Assembly: GCA_024137785.1 (NCBI GenBank)
Contig: JAHRHZ010000002.1
Span: forward strand, 19,115,760 to 19,173,640
DNA: 57,881 bases
Origin: Ginglymostoma cirratum
Taxonomy: Eukaryota
Direction of reading: 5' to 3'
Position numbers and translations under genes: made by a program. Positions 24,431-39,199 of this stretch are shown in pieces (within the stretch, counting starts at the first letter, position 1; each line of letters starts with the position of its first letter). The notes under the pieces are model-generated. The model saw nothing but the letters and a program-made list of their open reading frames with translations. It ran no database searches and was not told where the DNA came from.

Positions 24431-26369
24431 GTTTTCCAAACTTTCTAGTCATGGAGGTATTTTTGCCATCACTTGTGTAAATTAGAGATTAGTCAGGAAA
24501 AAAAAAGTGCATTACAGATGAAGAGAAGACCATTCCAGTGATAAAGGAAGTAACTGGATCAGAGAGAAAGTTTAAGAGGAAGACAGATCTTCTTATCCTT
24601 TCATGAGACAGTGGTGTTGCTAGCTAGGCCAACATTTGTAGCCCATACAAAATTGCCCCTGAGATGGTAAACCACCATCTTGAGCCACTGAAGTCTTTGT
24701 ACTCAAAATGTAAGACAACTAAAAAAAAAAGAGTGAAACTGAAGGAACATCTGAGAAAAGGATGATAACTGTGCGACAGAGGCGATGAATGTGAATAATA
24801 AGTGAGGGGTGGGCGGTGGGGTGAAGAGAGAGAGACAGACAGAGAGAGAGAGAAATCGCACACGTGGGTGAAAGAGTGAGGTTATGACTGAGAGAATTGA
24901 ACTATCATTGAACTTGCTATTATCTTCAATGTTTTGAACATCATTTTGATTTTTCCTTTCTCTAGGAAACTGCAACATTACGTGTGCATATTGTAGCAAA
25001 CAGTGTAGGAGGCTTTGATGGTAACCAACTCTTGGGGTGCAGCAGTACAGCTAAGTATGAATTTCTGTTGTAAATTGGCTGACTGCTGATAATAAACGTG
25101 GTGCAAAATTAGTACACATTAACTGTGAGGGAGTTAATCATGTAGTGATAAAATCAGGTCAGAGGGTGGCAATGTGGTAGCGCCTTAGTTAAATGCCAAT
25201 CAGTCACCATTCAAATTCCACCTTCTCCAGAGGTATGTGTGGGAATGTTGATTAAAAATATTTAGAGCCAGTTCAAAATTGAGAGTACAAAATCTTGATC
25301 CCTGCACAAAACACTATTGCTTGTGTCATATTCTCCTTTTGATTGGCGAGGTCTCAGTAAGTGGTACCTATAGGCATTTGTACATATTGCAAAAGTAGTC
25401 CATTGCTAATGGAAAAGGCTTATAATGATCATTTTTCATGCAGTTTCTGTTTTCTTTGTGAGAGCTGTCCATTATGGATCGTAAAATGCTAAAACTACAC
25501 AGCTAATTACTCATTCACTTCAATTTTTACTGGTTTAATTTGGTCACCATTTGTAGTCACATTGTAAATATGTTTGTGCAGATTTTCTATTTACAAATGC
25601 TTTCTTCCCAAACTTGCTGATAATCCCACTAGGCAAACTGAACAGACAAAATTACTGCATGAAGGCAGGAAGTTATTGGAACGGTCAACAGGATGTAGCA
25701 GGGCACATACAGGAGCCAGTTGATTCCTTGAATTTGTTCCTTTGTTCAAATGGGACAAAGGAGATTGGTGGAAATGGCATAGTCACAAGACTAATAGTCC
25801 AGATGTCCAGCCTAATCTCTCTAGTCACATTGGTTAGGATCCCACGGGAGGTACTGGTGGAATTGAATGCACTCATTGATTTAGAAAAATAAAGTCACTA
25901 TGAAACAATTGTTTCATCAATTGTTTCTAAAAATCCATCTAGTTCACTAATATCCTTTAGGGAAAAATTCTTAACTGGTCTTCATCACCTCAATTTCACA
26001 ACAATATGATTGACTCTTAACTGCTCCCAGATTTAGGAACAGTAACAGATCATTCAGCCCCTTTCGAGCCCATTCTACCATTGAATGAGAGGTGTGGCCT
26101 AACAAGTAAGTCAGCTTAATTGTGAATATTTTAAAAATTCTGGTTTTGCCAGTGATGCATACACCTCACGAAAGAATAAGTAACCTCCATTCAGCTGACT
26201 TGGTGATATGTATCCCTTAATCATAGAAACATAAGATTTTACAACACAGAAAGCAACTGAGCTGAAAAAAATGGGCTGACATTAAACAGTGTGGTCAAAA
26301 CCCTGACATGGGTTTAATTAATGAATGCCAAAGTGGTGAATGATCGGTGGCCAGACCACAATGTTATCA

Positions 26370-27160
26370 CAGACAGGGACCTGAGAGAAAAAGAGAGGGT
26401 GGATCCTGTCGTGTGGTTCCCTCAGCAGACTATCAAAGTCATTTGGCAGAATGCCTCATCACCAGAACTTTCCAAAAAGCGCCAAGACATCGCTTGGCTT
26501 GTGTTGAGATGGGCACTACCTGTGAGATCCTTCATGTTCACCTGGCCAGTCGGCTTCACCGCACACTGCCCTCAAAGTGGCTTTGGAGGGGGGTGGGGGT
26601 GTTGGAGACAGTTATACATCTCCTTATGGAATGTGTCCTTGCAAAGGAAGTCTGGAAGAAGATGCAATGATCTGTGTTGAGGTTCGTCCTGAGCAGCTCC
26701 ATCACACAGCACTCTGTGCTCTATTGTCTGTTCCCTGGGATGCACACTGAGACAATCATCAACTGCACCTGAAGGACCATCAACTCAGTGAAAGATGCTC
26801 TTTGATCTTCCCGAAATTTGTTGGTCTACCAGAACAAAGAATTGACCTTGACCGAGTGTTGTAGACTGGCACCTTCCAAGGTCCAGAACTATATGTTGAG
26901 GGATGCACTCAAGCTTGGGGCAGCTGCTGTTGTCTGAGGTCTTCTTACTGAAGGTAAATGGGGTCCATTCAGTTATTGGGCCCTCCTAGTGCCTCCAGTA
27001 TATATAAATATTAGTATTGTATGTTTAAGAGAGCTTTTTTTGGGTAAAGTCAAATGCAATGTTTTGATTACCTACTTGATATGCAACTGTACAGAACAAA
27101 ACTGTTTTTGTGATGATGTATGTATACAAAGAGTTTTTTTGTGAATAACATGTATTTTTG
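26370..27160 (+). mobile_element. Tx1/L1-clade LINE 3' end (RT-associated zinc-binding region plus tail)
   Basis: WQNASSPELS..QDIAW...ALPVRSF...HCP...ETVIHLLMECVLAKEVWKKM, frameshifted. Confidence 0.75.
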
Positions 27161-27209
27161 AAATAACGGAAAGTTATCACAGACAGGGTCCTATTTGCTG
27201 ATTTATCAC

Positions 27210-27446
27210 TGTCAAATTAAGAATGGTGACTGAGGTCGGTATTCCATCACCAAGTCACCCTTTATTTACATGTGCACTGTGCACTGGCTGTGGCCAGCCA
27301 GTTCAGAGTCAGTTCCTGAAGTGAGGAGTTTCTGAATCTCCTATTTATGTCTGTCAGCCAGGGCTCCCTGATTAGCCCAGGTTAACAACCCTATCAGGGA
27401 TCTCATAGTAAATAAGATCCACCTGGTTCCAATTACTATAGTGACA
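27210..27446. mobile_element. Short solo LTR
   Basis: TGTCA...TGACA inverted termini, minus-strand AATAAA. Confidence 0.55.
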
Positions 27447-27541
27447 ATGATCTTGGTCTTGTCAATCAAGTTAGAGAGCCAGTAACTGAGGAGCCATAGC
27501 TGCACCATGGGATAGGTGGCTGCAGCTGAGGAATATGGGAG

Positions 27542-28283
27542 CGTTAGGTTCGTTTTCGGAGACCCTCACGGACTTGATGCAATAACAAGACACTGACCTG
27601 TTTAGAAAAACACAAATCCTTTATTACAAAGCAAGTACAAGCTGTGGAGGATCACTGTACTCAACCCGGCACAGAATGCAGAGTCTCGTAAGCGATTCTC
27701 CCCGAGCAGCGGACAGTCCCCGCTTTTTATACCTTATCGAGAGCATAATACAAAAAGCAATTTTACATCTCACAATGGCATGTTACATGAAACAATCACC
27801 ACATCGGACAATGACATGATAACACAAGCAATTACTACATCGAAAACATAAAGAAAGCAGGATACAGTATCGATCGTTCTCAAAGTGACTGCTAACGGCA
27901 GGAGGTGATTTCAGGTTGCCGAAGTGCCTGGCTTGAACGAAGGTCAGTGTCCTGGCCCCTTTAGCAGAAACAGAAGTTACATTCTTTACAGGATTTCAGA
28001 AGTCTCACACCTTTAGAAACGTTGCCACCTAATCTTATTTGAGACAGCTTGCACACACCCCTGTGCTGGAACATTACGATTTACAAAGTTTCTATTCAGG
28101 CAGGAAGCTTAAAGCAGTGTCTTTTCTACTTATGTATAGGAAGATAAGGATTTACAAAGTTTTACACCTAAATCTAGTTGGGCAGGAAGTTTTAAGGCAG
28201 TGCCTGCATACCTCTATGTAAGCAGATAAAGGGCATTAATTTATAGACAATATAGAAATCAATGGGATGTTATCCCAATAACA
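27542..28283 (-). mobile_element. Probable solo LTR
   Basis: gtta...taaca termini, minus-strand TATA (tttttatac) and AATAAA (ctttatta) in LTR order. Confidence 0.5.
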
Positions 28284-28340
28284 TCTCAGGAGGACCAAGG
28301 TCCACAGGAGTTAATCATAAATAAACAAAATAATCATGGT

Positions 28341-28925
28341 TAGAGATATTAGGTACTGCAGATGCTGGAGAATCCGAGATAACAAGGTGTGGAGCTGGAT
28401 GAACACAGCAGGCCAAGCAGCATCANNNNNNNNNNNNNNNNNNNNNNNNNNNNNNNNNNNNNNNNNNNNNNNNNNNNNNNNNNNNNNNNNNNNNNNNNNN
28501 NNNNNNNNNNNNNNNNNNNNNNNNNNNNNNNNNNNNNNNNNNNNNNNNNNNNNNNNNNNNNNNNNNNNNNNNNNNNNNNNNNNNNNNNNNNNNNNNNNNN
28601 NNNNNNNNNNNNNNNNNNNNNNNNNNNNNNNNNNNNNNNNNNNNNNNNNNNNNNNNNNNNNNNNNNNNNNNNNNNNNNNNNNNNNNNNNNNNNNNNNNNN
28701 NNNNNNNNNNNNNNNNNNNNNNNNNNNNNNNNNNNNNNNNNNNNNNNNNNNNNNNNNNNNNNNNNNNNNNNNNNNNNNNNNNNNNNNNNNNNNNNNNNNN
28801 NNNNNNNNNNNNNNNNNNNNNNNNNCTTCATCAGAAAAGGGTCTAGGCCCGAAACGTCAAGCTTTCCTGCTCCTATGATGCTGCTTGGCCTGCTGTGTTC
28901 ATCCAGCTCCACACCTTGTTATCTT
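28341..28925. mobile_element. Family A inverted-repeat element spanning an assembly gap
   Basis: inverted arms on both sides of the N run; near-perfect 14-bp TSD aaaataatcatggt / aaaagaatcatggt. Confidence 0.75.
28426..28825. other. Assembly gap (400 N)
   Basis: N run. Confidence 1.
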
Positions 28926-30289
28926 AAAAGAATCATGGTGTCCAGTATCAGAGGGAAATTCTCTTGAGGAAAATCATTGGCACCATGCATGTGTCTTTGT
29001 TGTGTAATACTCTGTCCACCTCTCAGCCTCCATTTAGTTTTCTTTTAGTCAGTCATTTCACATTTGATTTTTATCTATCCCTTTCCAAACTGAAAGCTGG
29101 CCACTGAGAGAGTAAACCAGAGGCCCAGTTTCATGCTTGAGCCCATTGGTTTCAATTCTCATCATGGCAAATTGCGGAATTCAGATTCAAATTTGGCTCA
29201 TAACTCTGGAATGAGAAGCTAGTAATGGTGGCTATGCAACTGTCATGGATTGTCATAAATATACAAATGGTTCTTTAATATGCTTTAGGGAAAGTCATCT
29301 GCTGTCTTTACTGTCTATGGCGTATATCTGATTTAATGCACTCAGCCATGTGGTTGATTCTTAAGTGTCCTCTGAAATGACCCAGTTTAATAGATATTAG
29401 GGATGCTCAGTGATGTCCATATCTCATAAACAGATACAAAATACTTAAACATAATTTAATTATGATAACCATTGCCTAGATGTTCTGTCACTGAAATAGA
29501 CTTCTTTTCAATCAACATCATTCTATAGAATTATGCACAGTATTACTTTATTTCATGCTAGGCTGAAAATGTATTAATCAAGAGTATTTTCCTGTGCCCA
29601 TTTTAGAAATCATCCAGTGTCATCATCCTTAACCCTGTACTTTGCCATTGATAGAGCATGGTAGCATGTTGGTTCCAACAAGGATACCAACTCTCAGGTG
29701 TGGAATAGCAATCCAGAGATTTAAGCAAAGAGTAATGAGGCAAATAGTACTATGACATTTGGGAACTTTGAATCCAGTGAATGATCTAAAAAATGGAATT
29801 AAATACTTAGTAATGAAAAGAAACGTTAAAATGAAATTACAGTATTGTCACTAGATCCTATCAGGTTCACTAATGTTATTTAGGGAAGTACATTTTTACA
29901 TCATCTTTCCTGATCTATATGGGTCTTCAGACCCACAGTATTATTGACACTTCAGTATCCTTTCGAATTACAAGGCTGAGTCAGCTGCAATCATTCTTAG
30001 TTAGAAGTGCCAAAGGGATAATTCACCTGACTGCTCCTAGATGCGCTACACAAGCTAGTCTCCAGCAAGCCTGATTATTTCAACTTGATAGCAAGAAGCA
30101 GTTGAATGCGTTGGATACTGTCCTAGTAATATTCCTGGAAGTCTGCGCTCCAGAACTATACTTGTCTCAAGTCTAGCTGTTCCATCACAGCTACACGTTG
30201 GCATTTATTTGACTACGGCAACATTGACTAGGCATAGCCTGACTATTAAAAGTGTAACAGATCCAATCTGGCCTACAACTGTTCAATTG

Positions 30290-30910
30290 CCTTCATTGCT
30301 CAGTCCTTTGAGTATAGGAGTTGGGAAGTCATGTTGAGGTTGTATACAACATTGGTGAGGCCTCTTCAGTAATGCTACGTCCAGGTCTGGTTGCCCAGTT
30401 ACAGGAAGGATATCATTAAGCTGGATAGGGCTTCAGAAGAGGTTTACCAGGATGTTGCTGGATATGGAAACTTTGAGTTAAAAGAAAGGCTGCATAGGCT
30501 GGGACCTTTTTCACTGGAACGTAGGAGATTGAGAGGCGATCTGATAGAAGTTTATAAAATAATGAGAGGTTTACATAGAATTAATAGTTGCTGTATTCTC
30601 CTTAGGATGGGGGTTTCAAGACTGGGGGCACATTTTTAAGGTAAGAGGAGAGAAATTTTAAAAAAGACATGAGGTGCAACTTTTTTTACACAGACGGTGG
30701 TTCACATGTGGAATGAACTTCCTGAGGAAGTAATTTAATGTGGGTACAATTACAGCATGAAAATATATCTGGATATTTATGTGAACAGGAAAGGTTTGGA
30801 AGGATATGGGCCAGGAGCATGCAGTTGAGACCAGTTTAGTTTGAGATAATGTTTGTCATGGACTGGTTGGACCAAAGGATCTGTTCCATGCTGTATGACT
30901 CTGTGACTCT
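30290..30910 (+). mobile_element. CR1-type LINE 3' fragment
   Basis: ERLHRLGPFSLERRRLRGDLIEVYKIMRG. Confidence 0.88.
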
Positions 30911-31254
30911 ATCATCAAAATGATGAATGATACCATCAGGACTGCTACCGAGCAACATTCGATCACCAATAATCTGCTCAATAATGCCGCAATTGGATTA
31001 TTCTCACCTACTCCCACCTATTCCTCCTAGTTCCTGGTGTGATTACCACGTTGAACCCAAAAACAAATGAGTAAGGAAGTGAAGTTGAGATGTGAGAGTG
31101 ATTGTCCTAGACGGAGTTAGATAATAAACGTGGTGCGAGTGTGGAATTATGGAGTAGCGAAAAGCTGGAATTAATGGGAATCAAGTTGAAACCTCTCCAC
31201 TAATTGAAGCTAACCTGAAGAAAAATGGTTATGTTTGTTGAACTTCAATTATCT

Positions 31255-32040
31255 CAGATGGGACAATAGGCTGAGGAGTGGCAGGTGGAGTTTAATTTAG
31301 AAAAACGTGAGATATTGAATTATGGTAAGGCAAATCTGGGCAGGACGTACATAGTTAATGGTGGGAGTGCTGCTGAGCAAAGGGACCTGGGGTGCTGATG
31401 CATATTTCCTTGAAAGTAGAGTCACAGGTAGACAGGGTGGTGAAGAAAGCTCTTGCATGCTTGCCTTCATTGGTCAGTGCATTGAACATAGGAGTTGGGA
31501 TGTCATTTTGCAGCTGTACAGAATTAGACCACTTTTAGAATATTGCATTCCATTCTGGTCTCCCTGCTAAAGGAAAAATTTTGTGAAACCTGAAAAGATT
31601 ATTGCCGGGATTGGGAGAGGCTGAATAAACTTGGCGCTATTTTCCTCGGAAAGTCAGTGGCTGAGAGGTGACCTTATAGAGAATTATAAAATCATGAAGG
31701 GCATAGACAGGGTGAATAGCCAAGGTCTTCTTTCCGGGGTAGGGGAGTCCAAAACTAGAGGGCATAAGTTTAACGTGAGAAAGGAACAATTTAAAAGCGG
31801 CCTAAGGGGAAACGTTTTCAGCAGAGCTGGAGCGTGTATGCAACGAGCTGCCAGTGGAAGTGGTGTAGGCTGGTATGATAACAACATTTAAAAAGGCATC
31901 TGGATGGGCACATGGACAGAAAAGGATTTTGAGGGATAAGGGCTAAATGTTGGCAAATGGGACTATATGAATTTAGGATATCTGGTCAGCATGGACGAGT
32001 GGGACGAAGGGTCTGTTTCCACGCTGTACAACTTTACTAC
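31255..32040 (+). mobile_element. CR1-type LINE 3' fragment
   Basis: RPLLEYCIPFWSP; LRGDLIENYKIMKGIDRV..KTRGHKF. Confidence 0.88.
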
Positions 32041-32559
32041 AGCTGTACAACAAAAGCCTGCAAATCCTCAGACAGCCTTCACCACATGGGGTTCAGCAGT
32101 TCAAAAAAGGAATTAACTATAACTTCTCAACGGCAATTATGGAAGGTTAATAAATGCTCACATTCCATAACTGAATACATTGAATGAAAGAAGTCCTCTT
32201 CTTTACAAAAAAAGCTTTGAAATTTGCCTATAGTTCTGCCTCTAATTATTATTATTATTAAGGACATCACTAGCACATCAACGAATTCATGCAAGCCGAA
32301 TAATTTAACCACTGTTTAGTTAACGTCCGTGCTCACCTAAACGTGCCGCGTTTGCCTTTAATTTTGTCCCACCCGTTTTTTGGCTGATGTTTAGTGTCGT
32401 GAGTTGACCGGCTGTGACTTCCGTGTTCCAACCGGCTCCATCTCGTGGTCAGCTGAAGAACTGACTTGAGTAGTTTTCCAGTCTCCTTGTCAGCGCCAGC
32501 AAGGGCGCGGTTACTCAGGTTCCGTCAAAACAACGACAACAAAAAATCTGGTTATAGCG

Positions 32560-33250
32560 GTATACAGCGCGGAAACAGATCCTTCGGTCTAATTTGTCCA
32601 CGTCCATCAGGTTTCCCATACTAAACTAGTCCCATTCGCCTGCATTTGGCCGATATCTATCCAAACTTTCCGATTCACGTACCTGCCCAAAGTCCGTTTA
32701 AATGTTGCAACTGTACCCGCATCTACCAATTCCTTTGGGAGTTCATACCATATACCCTCAAAAAAGTTGTGTCTCAGGTCCCTTTTAAATCCTTCCTCTC
32801 TCACCTTAAATCTACGTCGTCTAGATTTGAACACCCCCCAACCCTAGAGAAGGCTTTTCACCTTATCTATTCCTTTTATGATTTTATGAATCTCTATAAT
32901 GTCAACCTCCTACGCGTACAATGTATAGTTCAACCTCCTACGCATCAGGGAAAGAAGTCCCAGCCTATGCACTCTCTCCTTATAACCCTCAAATCCTCCA
33001 GTTCCAATAACAGCGTTATAAATCTTTTCTGTACCCTTTCCAATTTATTAATATCCTTCTTATATCATAGCGACTAGATCTGTGCACAGTACTGCAAAAG
33101 TGGCCTCATCCATGTCCTGTACAGCCGCAACATGACCTCCCAACCTCTACACTCAATGCTCTGATTGATGAAGGCAATCACCTTCTTCGCCATCCTCTCT
33201 GCCTGCGGCACCACTTTCAATGAACGGTGTATCTGAACCCTTTAGGTCTC
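32560..33250 (-). mobile_element. CR1-type LINE 3' fragment
   Basis: FKVREEGFKRDLR...WYELPKELVDAGTVATFKR. Confidence 0.85.
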
Positions 33251-35792
33251 TCTCGTAACTGATGTCCTTCATCCCTGGAACTATTCATAAAATACCCTAT
33301 AGTTTAAAGGTTCTGATTTCGAGGCAGGAGGACTAGAAAGTTCCCAGAAACATGCTCCACCTGTGTAGAATTAGCCGAACTCAGTTTTAGAAGTACCAGG
33401 TATGATGCAATGAGAGCAGTACTGTTTTCGTATCCAGATTAAACACCATATGAGTTGTAGATTCGAATATTTAATTTTTCATTTCCTGTCCAAATTATAC
33501 GCTGGTTTTGTGGCAAGTCCGCTCTGGACGCGCCTCAATCTCTGAAAGTCAGCATGACGTGTCTGAGGAAAGTATGGTGGAATATCCAGCAGAATCTGTC
33601 CTACAGGTAATTGGAGAAGTCCCCAGTATTGTTCGAAGTCCAATTATTAGGACTGAAATGTTGATATTGAACACACTTCTAAATTCCACTCTTCCAGCCC
33701 GGCCATGAAGGTGAAAATTGCACGCCACCACCCCTCTCCCATCCGCTCCCTATCCTCTCCACCGCCTAATCAGGTCACGTACCTACTGCTGTTAGCCTAC
33801 CAGGCTGTCAGCGGGGGCGTAACACCGGTTATATTTGAAGGTCCCTTATCCACTATACTGGGCAGAGATACGGTGCCCACTCCGTCCCTACATAGAATTC
33901 GAACTCAGAAAGCACAAGGAGGAGTTCGTTTCGGGCTGGGCCGATCAGGAGGTTGCTGACCGGTGAAATGCGTAAGGCTTGATAAGCTACAACCAGCGGG
34001 AGTTGGAAGGTTTCCACGAGTTACTGGGTAACTTACTGGCTTTGGTTTGGTGAGCAATGGTCCCAAAGTGGTCACATTCAGGAAGGTTGAAATTCCACAA
34101 TTCTCTAGAACTATTGTAATGATGCCAGTCGATGCCAATATTGGACAGATCCAATCCCAGAAGGAAACTTGGCCTGTTATATATATTTGGCTTTTGCAGT
34201 TAGTAAATGTGGTCTTTAGTTACTGAAATACTCAATGGCACGCGCCTTGAAGGGGATCTTGCAGCTTGCGACGTTCCTGTGTATCTGCTGCCCTTACCCT
34301 TCTAGACGGTAGAGTTCATGGGTTTAAAAGGTGTGGTCGAAGAAGTCGGGGTGATTTGCAGCACACTTTACATAAGCACGCTTTATCATTCTAATGGTAA
34401 TCTGCTTTTCCTTTGTCATCCAGGAAACTCTAGATTCGTTTGTTCTACTCTTTCTATTTGACGGAATATGCCTCAACTAGACGCGAACCATTTGCACTTT
34501 GAAGGTGGCCCATTGTTCAGTTACTGTGATTTTATCATCGACCTGTTGTTCCAATCAAACCTGATCAGGTCTTTTCATGCTCCATTAAAGTCGGCCCTCT
34601 GCCAACCGATCTTTTTTACTCTGGCCAGTTACAAGTCATTCTCCAACACCACCCTGAACCACCACCCTAATATAATGATCACAGTCTCTTAAAGATTATC
34701 CAACAGACACTTGATCCACTTGGCCCACCTCATTTCCAAGAACCAAATCCAACAATGCTGATTTCCTTGTTGAACTGGACACATATTGCTGTAGGAAATA
34801 TTCCCGAACTTAACACAGAACCACTTGCACCTTTCTGCTTCTTCTACTACCAGTTTCCTAGTCTATGTTTGGATAATTGAAGACCCCCATTATAACTACT
34901 ATGTAATGTTGGCAATTCTCTGTGATTTCCCTTCAGAGTCTTCCTCTATGCTGTAACATGTTAGATTTCTCGTCTAACACTGTACCTTGCCCTTCCTTGG
35001 CCCAGATCTGTGTCACCACCATAACATAATAAATTGACATTATAATCTGCCCCTGTAACTCCCCAACCTTAATTACTATACTCTGTGTCCCTCGATATTT
35101 TTCGGACATTATTTATGCCCTCTTTTGTGAAAACAGAACCAAATTATGTAGTTAATTGGTCTGATCTCAGTCTCAAACATAACTTCACATATTTTTGCCT
35201 GAAAGAGATCTACAGTTGTCTTCACTAATCTTTTCTCATTTCATGTATAGAAGCGTTTACAATTAGTTTTTATGTTGCCCACAATCTTACACTCGTACTC
35301 TAATTACCCTCTTCTTCAATCCGTTTGCTCCCTTGAACTTGTAGATTGCAGACAGGCATTGTAGAATCAGGAGTTTAGTTACATGCTGTAGAATTCATCG
35401 ACTTTGATGTGCTCTTGTGGTCACTGTGTTTATACAGTTGGTCCTGATAATTTTCTGGCAGTAATAACCCCCAGGGCCTTGCCAGCAGAGGATTGAGCTG
35501 TGAACATTGAGGAACGATACCAAGATTCTCTCTCGTTAGAGACAGTCATTGCCTCATATGTGATACTATACCTTACTTGCTATTTATCAGCCGAAGCCTG
35601 GGTGTTGACCAATTGTTGCTATATGAGGGCATGGGCTGCTTCCATATCAGAGGAGTATTGAACGGTGTTAAACATTGTACAATCGTCAATGAACATCCCC
35701 ACCCCGACCTTATGATGTAGGGAATTCATTGATGGAGCAGTTGGAGATAGTTGAGCAACAACATTACCCCGAGGAAATCCTGCAGAGGTAGA

Positions 35793-38770
35793 ACAACAAA
35801 GAACAAAGGAAATTACAGCACAGGAACAGGCCCTTCGGCCCTCCAAGCCTGCACCAACATGCTGCCCATCACAACTAAAATCCCTACCCTTTCAACAACC
35901 GTATTCTTCTAATACCATCCTATTCATGCATTTGTCAGACGTCCTTTAAAAGTCACGATTGTACCTGCTTCCATTACCTCTCCCAGCAGCGAGTTCTAGG
36001 CACTCACCACCCTCTGTTTAAAAATCTTGCCTTGTACATCACCTTTAAACCTTGACCCTCGTGCCTTAAACCTATGCCCCCTAGTAGCTGACTCTTTCAT
36101 CCTGGGAAAAAAGTTTCTGACTGTCCACTCCGTCCATGCCCGTTATTATCTTGTAGACCTCTGACAGGTTGCCTCTCAACCTCTGTCGTTTCGGTGAGAA
36201 CAACCCAAGTTTCACCAACCTCTCCAATGTCCTCCATACCACGCAACATCCTGGTAAGTCTTTTCTGTACCTTCTCCCAAGCCATCACATCATTCTGGTA
36301 TTGTGGTGACCAGAATTGAACACAATATTCCAAATGCAGCCGAACTGAGGTTCTATAAAGTTGCAACATTACCCGCGAATTTTTAAACTCAATGCTCCAG
36401 CCAATGAAGACAAGCATGCCATATGCCATGTTGACTATCTTCTCCAACTGCATTGCCACTTTCGGTGACCTGTGTACCTGTACACACAGATTCCTCTGCT
36501 TATCAGTACTCTTAAGGGTTCTGCCATTTAATGTATATTTTCCATCCGTATTAGGCCTTCCAAAATGCATTACCTCACATTTTTCTGGATTAAACTCCCA
36601 ATCTGCCATCTCTCTGCCCAAGTCAACAACTGACCTATATCCTGCTGCATCCTCTGACAGTCCTCATTGCTATCCGCAAATCCACCAACCTTTGTGTCAT
36701 CTGCAAACTTATCAATCAGAGCAGTTCCATTTTCCTCCAAATCACTTATATATATTGCAAATAGCAAAGTCCCAACACTGATCCCCGAGAAATGCCACTA
36801 GAAACAGCCCTCCATTCAGAAACACACCATTCCACTGCAGCCCTCTGTCTTCAATGACCGAATCAGTTTTTTTTTATCCATCTTGCAAACTCATCTCTGA
36901 CTCTATGTGACTTTACCTTCTGCATCAGTCTGCCATAAGGGACTTTGTCAAAGACCTTACTGAAGTGCATGTAGACAATATCCACTGCCCTACCCTTATC
37001 ATCGATATTTTTCATCACTTTCTCAAAAAAACTCAATCAAGTTAGTGAGATGCGATGTCCCCTTCACAAAACCATGCTGCCTCGCATTAATACGCCCACT
37101 TATTTCCAAGTGTGAGTAAATCCTGTCTCCAAGAATCCTCTCCAAGAATTTCTGTACCACTGACATAAGTCTCACTGGCCTGTACTTAGCTGATTATCCC
37201 TGTCACCCTTCTTAAACAAAGGAACAACATTGGCTATTCTCCAATCCTCAGGAACCTCCCCTGTAGCCAGTGAGGAGACCAAGAGTCTTTTTGAGACCCC
37301 AGTAGTTTCAGCCCTTGCCTCTCTCGGTATTCTGGGGTATATCCCACCAGTCTCTGGGGACTTGTCTGCATCAATGTTTTTCAAGACACCCAATGCCTCC
37401 TCTGTTTTGATATCAACATGACCAAAACTATCCACATACCCTTCCACAGACTTATCATCCACCAAGTCCTTCTCTATGGTGAATACTGATGCAAAGTACG
37501 CATTTAATACCTCGCCCATTAAGTCTGGCTCCACAAATAAATTCCCTTCCCTGTCCTTGAGTGGGCCAACCTCTCCCTGACTACCCTCTTGCTCATTATA
37601 TATGTATAAAAAGCCTTGGGATTTTCCTTAATCCTGTTGGCCAATGACTTTTTAGCCCTCCTGACTCCTTGCTTAAGTTCCTTCTGACTTTCCTTGTATT
37701 CCAAACTTGCTTCGTGTGTTCCCAGCCTCCTAGCCTTGACAAATGCTTCCTTCTTCTTTTTGGCTAGGCTTCATCCTTATAGGAATGTACCATTCCTGAG
37801 TTCCCAGCAGCCTACACTTGAAAGCCTCCCACATACCAAATGTCGATTTGCCCTCAAACATCTGCCTCCAATCTACATTCTTTAGTTCCTGCCTAATATT
37901 GTTGTAATTAGCCTTTCCCAAATTTAGCACCTTCACTTGACAACTATACTGAATTGTGATCGCTGCTCCTGAGTTGTTCCTCTACTGAGACATCGACCAC
38001 CTGGCCAGGCTCAATCACCAATGCTAGGTCAAGTACGGCCCCTTTCCTAGCTGGACTATCTATATATTGTTTCAAGAAGCTCTCCTGGATGCTCCTTACA
38101 AACTCTGCCCCATCTGAGCCCCAAACACTAAGTGAGTCACGATCAATACATGGGAAGTTAAAATCACCCATGACAACAATTCTGTTACTTTTACGTCTTG
38201 CCAAAATCTACCTGCATATCTGTTCATCTATCTCCCGCTGGCTGTTGCGAGGCCTATAGTAAACACCAAACATTGTGATTGCACCTTTCCTGTTTCCAAG
38301 TTATACCCATATTGCCTCACTGTATGAGCCATCCGAGGTGTCCTCCCTCAGTACAGCTGTGACATTCTCCTTAACACAAGTAATGCAACGCCCCCACCCC
38401 TTTTACATCCCCCTCTATCCTGCCTGAAACATCCAAAGCCTGGAACGTTAAGCTGCCAGTCCTGTCCCTCCCTTAACCAACTCTCTTTAATAGCAACAAC
38501 ATTATAGTTCCAAGTACTAATTCAAGCTCTTAATTCATCTGCTTTACCTGTTACACTTCTCGCATTGAACAGATGCACTTCAGTCCACTAGACCCGCTTT
38601 GATCAGCAAACACACCCTGCCTACTCTTCCTCTGAGTTTTACTGGCTGTATTCTCTAGTTCCCTTTCAGTCAATTCACCTTTGCTTTGGTTCCCACCCCC
38701 TGCCAAGCCAGTTTAAATCCTCCTGAGTGACACCAGCAAACCTCGCAGCCAAAATATTGGTGCCCTTCCA
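35793..38770 (-). mobile_element. Long CR1/HER1-type LINE ORF2 relic (endonuclease to RT to 3' tail)
   Basis: VVMGDFNFP, VPEDWRIANVVPLFKKG, KFADDTKVGG, FNPEKCEVMHFG, LEYCVQFWSP in broken frames. Confidence 0.92.
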
Positions 38771-38894
38771 GTTCAGAAGCAGTGACTGCGCTGATGCAAA
38801 TATTCTCCACGTTAGCCAATCAGCATCACCACTCTGCTGCCTTCTTCCAGATCTTTTTCTTCTTTAATGAAATGCACGCCATTTACACCACATA

Positions 38895-39112
38895 CACCTA
38901 CATTTCCCATGTCTGATCCACCTAATTTAGACACCCCTGAACACTACAAACAATCTATTTAACCTGCATATTTTTCAACTGCAAGAGGAAACCGGAGCAC
39001 CGGGCAGAAACCCATGCAGATATTGCGCAAACTGCACACACAGTCGCACGAATATAGAATTGAACCCTAGTCCCTAGCGCTATCAGATAACAGTTCTAAC
39101 CAGTGAGCCATC
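38895..39112 (-). mobile_element. HE1-like SINE (partial)
   Basis: gaggaaaccggagcaccggg...ttgaaccctagtccctagcgct...ctaaccagtgagcca. Confidence 0.75.
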
Positions 39113-39127
39113 CGTAAGCTGCGCCTA

Positions 39128-39199
39128 TACATTGGTCGGGAATCGAACCCGGTCCTCCCACGTGGCAGGCAAAAATTCTACCACTCAACCAAATGATGC
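39128..39199 (-). pseudogene. tRNA-Gly(GCC) pseudogene
   Basis: reverse complement gcatcatttggttgagtggtagaatttttgcctGCCacgtgggaggaccgggttcgattcccgaccaatgta matches vertebrate tRNA-Gly-GCC, with a damaged acceptor stem. Confidence 0.85.

Noticed and set aside
28336-28967. Long ORFs across 28336-28967 and 47204-47746
   Set aside because: Artefacts of translating N gaps flanked by repeat arms.
33500-34140. Unique-looking segment with exon-like donor (cctacag|gtaatt) and short ORFs
   Set aside because: No recognisable protein motif and no phase-consistent link to either gene.
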